From positions 105,278,001-105,342,000 of the forward strand of contig NC_086108.1 of the NCBI RefSeq assembly GCF_963921235.1: DNA of 64,000 nt. The letters are read 5' to 3'. The DNA is from Mobula hypostoma. Its lineage: Eukaryota. This document shows, in pieces, positions 11,843-23,705 of this stretch (position 1 is its first letter; every line of letters begins with the position of its first letter). The notes under the pieces were generated by a model. The model saw only the letters and a list, made by a program, of their open reading frames with translations. It had not been told where the DNA came from and searched no databases. The translations under genes and the position numbers were made by a program.

Positions 11843-13189
11843 GCATTGAACTGTGGGTTACTATAATTTCCCTGTTTCCTTCCTCCGATTCATCAGTCAC
11901 AGGAGGTTGTAGCAATCACTTGTCTCTAACCAGCAGAAGTTCAGACGTGCCACTGTCCTCCAGAATTCCCAACTCCTCTCTTTCCAGATGGACACTTATT
12001 AGGGATACAGGAGGCGACCGTGCTTTCTCAGCTATGTCCTCTCCTGGGAACTGAAGGAGGCTACTGAGTCCCACCAGGTTGTCCTTAGATAATTCGCGTA
12101 CTTTCTCACTAGTACCTTCTTGGAGATACCTCAGCACATCTGTTTCCTTTTCCCCTTGGCGTTGGTGTGAGTTATTATGGTGGGTGTAAGATTACCTGCT
12201 GCTAACCGGATTCTGCAGCCTCTTGGATTCGCTGTGCCTCCAATGCATGCCCTGCTGCATGGTACACGCGAGCTCACTTTCAACGTTTAAGAGATGTACA
12301 TCGATAGGTACGTGGATGGCTATGGTCCTCATGCAGGTCGATGGGAATAGGCAGCTCAAATTGTTGGCATGGATTAGATGGGCCGAAGGGCCTGTTTCTG
12401 TCTCTATGACTGTAAGTGTGACAACACTTGCAGGCTGCCCCCAGCACAATCATCGTTGATTCGATTTGACACAGACAACACTGCGTACGTGTGATCCTTC
12501 CTACTTGTGTCTCGATCTACAGATACTGCCTGACCCGCTGTATTCTCCAGATTTTGCTGCATCTGAACTTCTTGTGTTTTTCATTTTTGATTGCCTCTGT
12601 AAGTGATTGAAATTGAATCCAAATTTAGCTTGAAAGATTGTGTGGCGCCAACCGATTTGTATAAAATTAATGCCTGTATGAGCTACCGAGAAAATGAATT
12701 ATCCATCAGTGGCCAATTACCACAAAAGAGATCAGAAAACAAATGTCAGGGTACTTTTTCCTGTTTGTTAACCTTGAAGTCAGAGTTGGCAACATTCACT
12801 CATTGACTGTACAGACAATTAGTACTGAGGGTTAATTGACACAATATAGTTATGACACATTAATTCTGTAATAATTGCTTGCTGATATTACATTTTCAGT
12901 GGTGCATCTTGTTTGAGAATTATATAAATTGGACAGGATAATTTAGACAGCAATGTGAGCAAAATTAAAAAGCCTAAATGGATTGGAATCCCCAGCACAC
13001 ACAGCATGGGGCAGGATGAAGCAACGAGGATATCTTCAAAAGATGATGCCTGAAAAAAGCGCTGTCCATCATTCAGGACTTCCATTGCCCAGGACCTGCC
13101 CTCTTCTCATTGCTACCATCAAGAAGGAGGTACAGAAGCCTGAAGACACACACTCAACATTTAAGGAACAGCTTCTTCCCCTCTGTCAC

Positions 13190-13742
13190 TTCAAGATTCA
13201 AGATTCAAAAAACTTTATTGTCATTCTAACTGTACATCAGCTCTGCAGGGCAGAATGAGACAGTGTTTCCCAGGAGCAGTGCAATCATAACATAACAGAT
13301 GCAACACTAAATAATAAACATAATAATAAATAGTAAAACACAACAGCCACATGTCAGTTAAATCAAGTTATAAGTGTCCAGTGCAAGTTAAAAGTGTCCA
13401 AAAGCAGAGCCAGGTAGAGCAGTTATTTAGCAGTCTGACTGCCTGTGGGAGGAAGCTGTTTAGTAGCCTTGTGGTTTTAGTTTTGATGCTCCTGTAACGT
13501 TTGCCTGATGGCAGAAGAACGAACAGTTCATGGAGAGGGTGTGAGGGGTCTTTAATGATGTACCATGTCTTCTGGAGGCATCGACTCTGAAAGAGGTCTT
13601 GGACAGAAGGTACGGAGACCCCAATAACCTTCTCTGCTCCCCTAACCACTCTCTGCAAGGTTTTTTTGTCGACAGCATTGAAGCTGGAGTACCAGGTTGT
13701 GATGCAAAAGGTCAGCACACTCTCAACCACGCCTCTGTAGAA
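13190..13742 (-). mobile_element. Rex1/Babar-like LINE 3' fragment nested in an older + strand Rex fragment (13020-13935)
   Basis: FYRGVVESVLTFCITTWY...DPSHPLHELFVLLPSGKRYRSIKTKTTRLLNSFLPQAVRLLN; (ttcaaga)n tail. Confidence 0.85.
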
Positions 13743-13935
13743 TGATTTGATTTCTGAATGGACAATGAACCAGACCATGAACACTGCCTAATTATTTTTT
13801 GCTCTCTTTTTGCATTACTTAATCAACTTAATGATATATGTTTCTTATTGTATTTTATAGCATCCTTTATGCATTGCACTGCACTGCTGCCTCAAAACAA
13901 CAAATTTTGGTGACATTAAACCTTATTCTGATTTT

Positions 13936-14435
13936 GAACTCAGCAGATCAGGCAGCATGTGTGGACAGCTGATGTTTTGGACCAAGATCCTCCAGCAGGA
14001 CTGGAAAGGAAGGAGACCAATGCCAGAACGAGAAGATGGATGGGGAGGAGCATGATCTGGCAGGTGATAGGTGAGACCAAGTGAGGGGGATGGCGGGGGT
14101 GGTGAAGTAGGAAGTTTTGATGTGATAGGTAGAAGAGGTGAGGGGCTGAAGAAGAAGCAACCAGAGATGAGGGAAGAGTGGACCGTAGCAGAAAGTGAAG
14201 GAGCAGGGGAACCAGAATGAGGGGTTGGCAAGTGAGGAGAAGAGAAGGGTGAGTGGGTAACCAGAATGGTGAACGGAATAAGAGAGAAGAATGGTGAGGG
14301 GAGAGCTTTCCAGAAGTTGGACAAATCGTCGGGCATGCTATCAGGTTGGAGGCTACCCAGGCGGAATATGAGGTGATGCTGCTCCAACCTGAGTTTGGCC
14401 TCATCATGGCTGTATAGGAGGCCATGGACTTGCGT
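13936..14435 (-). mobile_element. Penelope-like element 3' fragment
   Basis: HGLLYSHDEAKLRLEQHHLIFRLGSLQP matches the C-terminus of the GIY-YIG-bearing copy at 60045-60845. Confidence 0.75.
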
Positions 14436-15527
14436 GTTAATGTTTCTCTCTAAGGGAAGACTTTTACGGTTAGAATGAAAGGTACTTTCATGAGGAAGTG
14501 ATGGAGAGCCTCGGCTTGTATCTGCTGGCATTATGAAGAGTGAAAAGAGACTGTATAGGAGTGTTAAGATCCTGTCATTGTTTAGGGTCAATGATAGATT
14601 ATCACGACCAAGGGCAGTGAACCTATTTGAGAGTATTTGCCCAAGCTGGCAATAATCTTCTAAAAATTCTTTCAGATACCATGGTAATTTTGGGTAGAGA
14701 TGAGCATTGATTAAAACTTTATTTGTTACATGTACACCATAGCATCGAAGCAGTCCCGATGAAGGGTCTCAGCCCTAAACATTGACTGACTATTCCCCTC
14801 CACTGTTGCTGCCTGACCTGCTTGACCTGCTAAATTCTTCCAGCCTTTTGTGTGCATTGCTCTGGATTTCCGGCATCTGCAGAATCACTCTGTTTGTGAA
14901 AGGCATCAGTTGCATCTGTGATCAGCGCTGCATGAAGATGTGCTGGGAACAGCCTGCAAATGTGGCCACACATCTGGCACCAAGATTGCATGCCCACAAC
15001 TTTCTGACCCTAACCTGTACATCACTGGCATGTGGGAGGAAACTGGAGCATCCCGAGAAAGTCCACGTGGTCATATGGAGAACATAAACTCCTTGCAGAC
15101 AACGGTGGGAGTCAAAACTCAAAAGGTGATCCCATGCTGTTACTGATGAATGAGTAACAATAATTATGCACTTTTTTTTAAAGAGAAAGGACAAACATTG
15201 ATGCTCATTTAAGAGTATTAATTGTTTATTATTAATAGAAGTTTAGTACTGTGCAGAAGTCTCAGGCACATATATGTAGATAGGGTGCCTAAGACATTTC
15301 ACAGTAATGAGTGATTTTATGTTTTGAACTGTACTGCTGCAGCAAAATAAAAAACAAGTATCATGATATCTAATAGCAATGATAAACCTGATGCTGACAT
15401 GGGTCTCTGATGTGGACCGACAGTGATAACGGAGCAGGAAGAGGGGAATCATGGTTGGGAAAGGGGGATGGGAGAGGAAACAAAGTGGGAAGAACCAGAG
15501 AGACATTCTGTAATGACCAATAGACTA

Positions 15528-17773
15528 ATTGTCATGGACAAGGATAGATCTGGTCCTAGGGTTGAGGTTCTGAACTGGAAGAAGGCCAAATTTGAAGAAA
15601 TGAGAAAGGATCTAAAAAGCGTGGATCGGGACAGGTTGTTCTCTGGCAAGGATGTGATCGGTAGGTGGGAAGCCTTCAAAGGAGAAATTTTGAGAGTGCA
15701 GAATTTGTATGTTCCTGTCAGGATTAAAGGCAAAGTGAATAGTAATAAGGAACCTTGGTTCACAAGGGATATTGCAACTCTGATAAAGAAGAAGAGGGAG
15801 TTGTATGACATGTATAGGAAGCAGGGAGTAAATAAGGTGCTTGAGGAGTATAAGAAGTGCAAGAAAATACTTAAGAAAGAAATCAGGAGGGCTAAAAGAA
15901 GACATGAGGTTGCCTTGGCAGTCAAAGTGAAGGATAATCCAAAGAGCTTTTACAGGTATATTAAGAGCAAAAGGATTGTAAGGGATAAAATTGGTCCTCT
16001 TGAAGATCAGAGTGGTCGGCTATGTGCGGAACCAAAGGAAATGGGGGAGATCTTAAATAGGTTTTTTGCGTCTGTATTTACTAAGAAAACTGGCATGAAG
16101 TCTATGGAATTAAGGGAAACAAGTAGTGAGATCATGGAAACTGTACAGATCGAAAAGGAGGAGGTCCTTGCTGTCTTGAGGAAAATTAAAGTGGATAAAT
16201 CCCCGGGACCTGACAGGGTGTTCCCTCGGACCTTGAAGGAGACTAGTGTTGAAATTGCAGGGGCCCTGGCTGAAATATTTAAAATGTCGTTGTCTACAGG
16301 TGAGGTGACGGAGGATTGGAGAGTGGCTCATGTTGTTCCATTGTTTAAAAAAGGATCAAAAAGTAATCCGGGAAATTATAGGCCGGTAAGTTTAACGTCG
16401 GTAGTAGGTAAGTTATTGGAGGGAGTACTCAGAGACAGAATCTACAGGTATTTGGATAGACAGGGACTTATTAGGGAGAGTCAACATGGCTTTGTGCGTG
16501 GTAGGTCATGTTTGACCAATCTGTTGGAGTTTTTCGAGGAGGTTACCAGGAAAGTGGATGAAGGGAAGGCAGTGGATATTGTCTACATGGACTTCAGTAA
16601 GGCCTTTGACAGGGTCCCGCATGGGAGGTTAGTTAGGAAAATTCAGTCATTAGGTATACATGGAGAGGTGGTAAATTGGGTTAGACATTGGCTCAATGGA
16701 AGAAGCCAAAGAGTGGTAGTAGAGAATTGCTTCTCTGTGTGGAGGCCTGTGACTAGTGGTGTGCCACAGGGATCAATGCTGGGTCCATTGTTATTTGTCA
16801 TCTATATCAATGATCTGGATGATAATGTGGTAAATTGGATCAGCAAATTTGCTGATGATACAAAGATTGGAGGTGTAGTAGACAGTGAGGAAGGTTTTCA
16901 GAGCCTGCAGAGGGGCTTGGACCAGCTGGAAAAATGGGCTGAAAAATGGCAGATGGAGTTTAATACAGACAAGTTTGAGGTATTGCATGTTGGAAGGACA
17001 AACCAAGGTAGAACATACAGGGTTAATGGTAAGGCACTGAGGAGTGCAGTGGAACAGAGGGATCTGGGAATACAGATACAAAATTCCCTATAAGTGGCGT
17101 CACAGGTAGATAGGGTCGTAAAGAGAGCTTTTGGTACATTGGCCTTTATTAATCAAAGTATTGAGTATAAGAGCTGGAATGTTATGATGAGGTTGTATAA
17201 GGCATTGGTGAGGCCAAATCTGGAGTATTGTGTTCAGTTTTGGTCACCAAATTACAGGAAGGATATAAATAAGGTTGAAAGAGTGCAGAGAAGGTTTACA
17301 AGGATGTTGCCAGGACTTGAGAAACTCAGTTACAGAGAAAGGTTGAATGGGTTAGGACTTCATTCCCTGGAGCATAGAAGAATGAGGGGAGATTTGATAG
17401 AGGTATATAAAATTATGATGGGTATAGATAGAGTGAATGCAAGCAGGCTTTTTCCACTGAGGCAAGGGGAGAAAAAAACCAGAGGGCATGGGTTAAGGGT
17501 GAGGGGGGAAAAGTTTAAAGGGAACATTAGGGGGGGCTTCTTCACACAGAGAGTGGTGGGAGTATGGAATGAGCTGCCAGATGAGGTGGTAAATGCGGGT
17601 TCTTTTTTAACATTTAAGAATAAATTGGACAGATACATGGATGGGAGGTGTATGGAGGGATATGGTCCGTGTGCAGGTCAGTGGGACTAGGCAGAAAATG
17701 GTTCGGCACAGCCAAGAAGGGCCAAAAGGCCTGTTTCTGTGCTGTAGTTTCTATGGTTCTATGATTTCTATGG
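15528..17773 (+). mobile_element. Young 5'-truncated CR1 LINE (RT region)
   Basis: RT motifs PGPD, NYRPVSLTS, QHGF, DFSKAFD, GVPQGS, FADD; one in-frame stop at 17091-17093; (ttctatgg)n tail. Confidence 0.95.
15532..17690 (+). pseudogene. CR1 ORF2 reverse transcriptase (5'-truncated, one nonsense codon)
   Basis: ORFs 15423-17093 and 17094-17690 are in the same frame, separated only by TAA. Confidence 0.9.
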
Positions 17774-18887
17774 TAATCAAATGGCCTTGCCTGTTGTCTC
17801 ATGGCTGAGTGTGTCTGCACCTGTGCGATCCCCTCCCCTTGTACTCCTTCTCTGCCACCTGTTCCACACCCCTTCCGTGGCGCTCCACCCTCACCATTCC
17901 CAACATCCTTTGCTCCCACCAGATTTACAAACTCTCTCTCCACTCCACATTGATAAATACAGTACCATGCAAACATCTTAGGCACCCAAGCTATATATAT
18001 TTGTCTAAGACCCTTACACAGTACTGTATATCAGAAACAGATTGAAGTAAATGAAGCACTTTAAAAAACCTGTTTACAAAGTTATTCACAGTAATCTTTT
18101 AAAAGGCAATTGAAAAATAACACCATTTCTAAATGGTATTGTTAGTGTAACTGTGTACAGTACAAATACAGATGTGTATACCAGGTTTGCAATGATGTCA
18201 AAACATCTCATTCAACATCACATGTTCGCACAACCATCTAGACGGCACCAAGCCGGCATGAGCCATTTGCCGTCAAAACATAAAGCTGCTCTCGGGTTGT
18301 AAAAAAAACATTTGCTGCTTCATTTGACAGTAAAGAGAATCATTGTGTGCTGTATCTTCTTATTATGGGTGGGGATGAAAGAATTGAGGGGTGGCACTGC
18401 ATGTCTTGTGCCAAAAAAATCTTTGTGCGTGCCATCTTGAACATGCGCCACCTCTGATTCAGAGGAGTTCTGATAACATTGGCTATTCATTCACCCCCTT
18501 CTTTTATGCCAACTGTCTCCCCTCTTTCTTTCCAGTTGTGAAGAAGTGTCTCAGCCCGACAAATGGAATGTCCATTTCCCTCCATAGATGCTGCCTGACC
18601 TCCTTCGGTGCCGTTGTGTATTGCTAAAACATTAATTTTCTCTTTCCGGAGAAGCCAGATGTTTCTGGGGTTTTCAGTTTTTACATCAGAGATTTCTGGA
18701 ATATTCCAGAAACCTGAGAAAGGGTCTCGGCCTGAAACGTCGAATGTACCTCTTCCTAGAGATGCTGCCTGGCCTGCTGCGTTCACCAGCAACTTTGATG
18801 TGTGTTGCTTGAATTTCCAGCATCTGCAGAATTACTCGTGTTTGCGTTCTAGAATATTCCACTTCTTTTTAGCCATTCATGTGAACG

Positions 18888-19475
18888 TACAATCAATGGC
18901 CACTTTATTAGGTACACCTGTACACCTGCTCATTAATGCAAATATCTAATCAGCCAATCATGTGGCAGCAACTCAATGCATTAAAGCATGCAGACCTGGT
19001 CCAGAGGTTCAGTTGTTCAGACCAAACATCAGATTGGGAGCGAAATGTCTGATCTAACTGACTTTGACCATGGAATGATTCTGGGTTCCCGACGGAGTGT
19101 TTTGAGTATCTCAGAAACTGCTGTTCTTCCGGGATTTTCACTCATAATAGTCCCTAAAGTTTACGGAGAATGGTGCGAGAAACATCCAGTGAGCAGCAGC
19201 TCTGTGGACAAAAGTGTGATACAACAGTGGTGTACATCTCTGTGGGTGAAAACACCTTGTTAATGAGAGAGGTCAGAGGAGAATGGCCTGACCGATTCAA
19301 GCTGATGGGAAGGTGACAGTAATTCAAATAACCATGAATTCCAACAGTGGTGTGCAGAAGAACATCTCTGGACGAGCATCACGTTGAATTTTGATGTAGA
19401 TGGGCTACAGCAGCAGAAGGCTATGGCCGCTTTATCAAGCACAAGAAATATCTAATGAGGGTACCTCTGAGTGTA
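18888..19475 (+). mobile_element. Internally deleted Tc1-like DNA transposon
   Basis: Encodes the Tc1 N-terminal HTH (DLTDFDHGMILGSRRSVLSISETA...VYGEW); degenerate TIRs with TA ends. Confidence 0.8.
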
Positions 19476-20259
19476 TTTTGCACATTCCTTCTTGTTTCTG
19501 CAATAAGCCATCACAAAACAAATATGCAAAATTACTCCTGTTAATGTTGTAGGTTTTATTTTTTCCTGAAAGAAAATGTTAAACCATGTATGTACCTCAA
19601 TCATATCGAATGCAGAAAACTATTTTGCTGGCATTGTTAATTATTTCCACAAGATGAGTCAGAGGAAGAAAATTCAATTCTGAAATGTTTTCTTATTCAT
19701 CGTTGAACAGAAGTACATAATTTCCATTTAATCCTAGTGCACAGAAGGAGGTCAAATCTGCCAGATTTTTGAAAAACCTGACAGTCGAAAAGGCTTTACC
19801 TTCTTCTAGACCTCTGCAACTTGTTTTTAATATATGAACCCAAATATATAAGATAAATATGTATTATAAAAATCTATAATATAAATATTAACCAATAGGA
19901 ACCCATAATTCTTTGAAAGTGGTGTCTCAGATAGATAGGGTTGTAAAGAAAGCTTTCGGCACATTGGCCTTCATAAAACAATGTTTTAAGTGGGCCACCA
20001 CATCATATCACCAAGTACTGATTCACACTCTAAGCTCATCCGCTTTGTTCACAACACTCCTTGTGTTAAAATAGACCCATCTCAAACTGTCGGTCTGAGC
20101 GCGTCCCTCCTCTATCACCTGCCTATATTCTCCCTCACACACTGTCTCCAAGCTTTCTCTGTTTGTGAGCCAACCTCTTCTTCCCCAGTCTCTTCAGTTT
20201 AAAGCATAATGCTAACTGCTACCCTACCATGGAGCCCTTGTGTACCTAGCAGAGAAAGA

Positions 20260-20703
20260 GAGAGAGAGAAACCCTCGTACCCCATCCGTTATTTATTTAT
20301 ATACCCCACCTCCCCCTCGTACCCCATCCATTATTTATTTATATACACACATTCTTTCTCTCTCTCTCCTTTTTCTCCCTCTGTCCCTCTGACTATACCC
20401 CTTGCCCATCCTCTGGGTTTTTCCCCCCTCCCCCTTTTCCTTCTCCCTGGGCCTCCTGTCCCATGATCCTCTCATATCCCTTTTGCCAATCACCTGTCCA
20501 GCTCTTGGCTCCATCCCTCCCCCTCCTGTCTTCTCCTCTCATTTTTGATCTCCCCCTCCCACTCCCACTTTCAAATCCGTTACTAGCTCTTCCTTCAGTT
20601 AGTCCTGACGAAGGGTCTCGGCCCGAAACATCGACTGTACCTCTTCCTAGAGATGCTGCCTGGCCTGCTGCGTTCACCAGCAACTTTGATGTGTGTTGCT
20701 TGG
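20260..20703 (+). mobile_element. Penelope-like element 3' end (pLTR) with hammerhead motif
   Basis: Near-identical in reverse orientation to 60045-60445; hammerhead core at 20601-20636. Confidence 0.8.
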
Positions 20704-21659
20704 GTTTATTTACCTATCAGGGTAGACAAGATTCAAGGTTCAAGATTGTTTCCAGTACCCAAGTATAAAGGAAAACAAAGTAATTGTTACTCCAGATCCA
20801 ATGCAGCATTAAAAACGTGATAAAATAAAGACAATAATAATAAAAACACAATAAATATAAGATTTATTCTCAAGGTATGTATACAGAATACAACTCTGAG
20901 ATTGATCCTCCTGCAGGCAGCACGAAAGAAAGAAAGAAAGAATGAGAGAGAGAGAGAGCTACATAAGACAGCTCAGACACACAGAGACAGCACAGAGTTG
21001 AAGTCTTTACTCCAGCATGGAGATTCTAGATTCAGCTTCAGGTTCATTTATCACATATACATGTGCATTAACAACCACCACACCCAACTGTATATATATA
21101 ACATTTGTTTTATATAGAAATTGCGGGCCAGTGGTCTGGGGTTTGAATAAAGCCGGCTCCTTGCATGCTTTCTATCCGTGCTGCGTTAAGCATTGAGCCA
21201 GCAAGTTGGCCTTGTTAAAAAAAACAGACAATACTGAAGAACCTGCAAAGTTGTCACCCGATGCCACAAGGCACGGAAAGGAACAACAAGAGTTAAATAA
21301 ACTGTTATTACGATATATATATATATATATATCTCCCATCCACTACATAATGTACTGGTTGGGCACAGGAGTACATTCAGCCAGAGACTCATTCCACCAA
21401 GATGCAGCACAGAGCGTCATAGGAAGTCATTCCTGCCTGTGGCCATCAAACTTTACAACTCCTCCCTTGGAGGGTCAGACACCCTGAGCCAATAGGCTGG
21501 TCCTGGACTTATTTCCTGGCATAATTTACATATTACTATTTAATTATTTATGGTTTTATTGCTATATTTATACTCCATTCTTGGTTGGTGCAACTGTAAC
21601 GAAACCCAATTTCCCTCGGGATCAATAAAGTATGACTATGACTATGACTATATATAGCG

Positions 21660-21885
21660 TGGAAGACCAGCAGTTGCCCATGCTGCAAGTCTCCCCTCTC
21701 CTTGCCACCAATGTTGTCCAAGGGAAGGGAATTAGGACCCATACAGCTTGGCACCGGTGTCGTTGCAGAGCAATGTGTGGTTAAGTGCCTTGCTCAAGGA
21801 CAGAACACGCTGCCTCAGCCAAGGCTCGAACTAGCAACCTTCAAATCACTAGAAGAGTGCCTTAACCACTTGGCCACGCGTCAAC
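21660..21885 (-). mobile_element. tRNA-derived SINE
   Basis: Minus strand has A box TGGCCAAGTGG and B box GTTCGAGCC, followed by CORE-like TGTCCTTGAGCAAGGCACTTAACC. Confidence 0.75.
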
Positions 21886-22289
21886 ATACACACATATAAA
21901 ACACATATAATATATGTGTGTGTGCGTGTGTAGGTATGTATATAAACTATTATACATACATTATATACCTAAGTAGTTATATAATGTGTGTGTGTATATG
22001 TACATGTCTATATATAATCAAAACAACATAAGAACATAAGAAATAGGAGCAGGAGTAGGCCAGTCGGCCATCTGGCCCATTGACCCTGCTCCACCATTCA
22101 ATAAGATCATGGCCGATCTGGCCAAGGACTCGTCTCCACCTACCTGCCTTTTTCTCATAATTGTTTACAGAAATATATTTCCTATTATAATTTATAGTAT
22201 ATTTTACGTATTGCACTACATTGCTGCCACAAAACAACAACTTTCACGGCATATGTCTGTGGTAATAAACCTGCAGATAGACATTCTAT

Positions 22290-22880
22290 AGATACACAGT
22301 GGAGAATATATTGACTGGTCGCATCAGGTCTTGGTATGGAAACACCAATGGTCTTGAACGGGAATCCTTACTAAAAGTTGTGAATGCAGTGTAGTCCATC
22401 ACAGGTAAAGCCCTCTCCTCCATTCAGCACATCTACAAGGAGCACTGTCACAAGAAAGCAGCATCCATCATCAAGGACCCCACATCCTAAGCAATGCTTT
22501 CTGCTCACCGCTGCCATCTGGAGGGAGATACAAGAACCTCAGGTCCTATACTACCAAGTTGAGGAACAGTTTTTACCCCTCAACCATCAGGCTCCTGAAC
22601 AGAGTGGATAACTTCACTCACCCTACGCTGAACTGGTTCCACAGCTTATAGACTCACTTTCAAGGACTTCACAGCTAATGCTCCCAATATTTATTACCTA
22701 TTTATATATTTATTATTATTATTTCTTTTTCTTTATTTTATTTGCACAATTTGTTGCTCTTTGCACTTTGGTTGTCTGTGCATCTTTGTTGTGTATGGTT
22801 TTTCATTGATTCTATTGTGTTTCTTTGTACTTGTTGTGAATGCTTGCAAGAAAATGAATCTCAGGGTAGTATATGGTGAC
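22290..22880 (+). mobile_element. Degenerate Rex1-like LINE 3' fragment
   Basis: Remnants of ENILTG.I..WYG and LPSGRRY motifs; shares its 3' UTR with other copies. Confidence 0.6.
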
Positions 22881-22884
22881 ATAT

Positions 22885-23705
22885 ACCCAAAATGTTGGAA
22901 GAGCTCATCAGATCAGGCTGCATCCATGGAAATGAACAAACAGTCGATGTTTCGGGCCGAGATCCTTCTTCAGGACCGGAAAGGAATGGAGAAGATGCCA
23001 GAATTAAAAGGTGGGGGGAAGGAGAGGAATGATAACTTAATGGATGGGCAAGGTAAAGGGATCAACGACATATCTCACCAATATTGTGGAGGCCACATCA
23101 GGAGCACTGGATAAAAAAGGTTCACAGATGAAGTGTTGACTCACCTGGAAGGACTGTTTGGGACCCTGGCTGGAAATGAGGATGGGCATTACGTTGGTGA
23201 GACCTGCCATCAATTTGGGGACCTCTTCGCCCAAAATTTTAATTCCCATTCCCATTCCCATTCTGACATGGCAATCCATGGTCTCCTCTTGTGCCACAAT
23301 GAAGCCACCCTCTGGGTGGAGGAGCCTCCAACCTGAAGGCATGAACATTGATTTCTACTTCTGGTAAAAAAAAATCTTTTCCCTTCCTCTCCCCTCTCAC
23401 CTACCTATCATCACCCTCGGTGCCCCTCACCCTTTCCGTTCTCCTATTGTCCACTCTCTTCTCCTATCAGATTCCTTCCTTTCTGGCCCTTTACTTTTCC
23501 CATTCACCTGGCTTCACCTATCACCTCCCCCTTCCCCACCTATTTATCCTGGCATCTCCTCCCTTCCTTTCCAGTCCTGAGGAAGGACCTTGGCCCAAAA
23601 CATCAACCATTTGTTCACTTCTGTCGATGCTGCCTGACCTGCTGAATTCCTCCAGCATTTTGTGTGTGTTGCTTTGGATTTCCAGCATCTGCAGAATCTC
23701 GTGTT
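22885..23705 (+). mobile_element. Degenerate Penelope-like element with inverted 5' segment
   Basis: YVGET...FNSHSHSHSDMAIHGLL remnants; pLTR with decayed hammerhead at ~23573-23610; inverted pLTR at 22885-23030. Confidence 0.65.

Larger units (their letters stand above)
3487..12150 (-). mobile_element. Degenerate Gypsy/Ty3 LTR retrotransposon (gag-PR-RT-RH-IN) with nested insertions
   Basis: Minus-strand fragments in canonical Gypsy order: gag (FKISGQVGEPGQKDKLSFSSL; CCHC knuckle ~10220-10270), protease (AIWDTGS ~10050), RT (SPIVHVRKKDGSLHLSIDYR; PFGLMN; 6250-7000), RNase H (LEFLALKWAITEKFSDYLY ~5850-6000), integrase (RPFELGSVDF; IHPDQ; RTT ~4965-5250). Many stops and frameshifts. A possible PPT and short TG..CA LTR remnant lie at 3487-3561. 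Confidence 0.9.
15243..18028. mobile_element. Tc1/mariner-type non-autonomous element split by a CR1 insertion
   Basis: TIR-like ends agtactgtgcagaagtctcaggcac (15245) and gtctaagacccttacacagtactg|ta (~18028); same TIR family as 52973-53617. Confidence 0.6.

Noticed and set aside
21800..21885. tRNA gene
   Set aside because: A and B boxes are present but continue into a SINE body; no complete cloverleaf.
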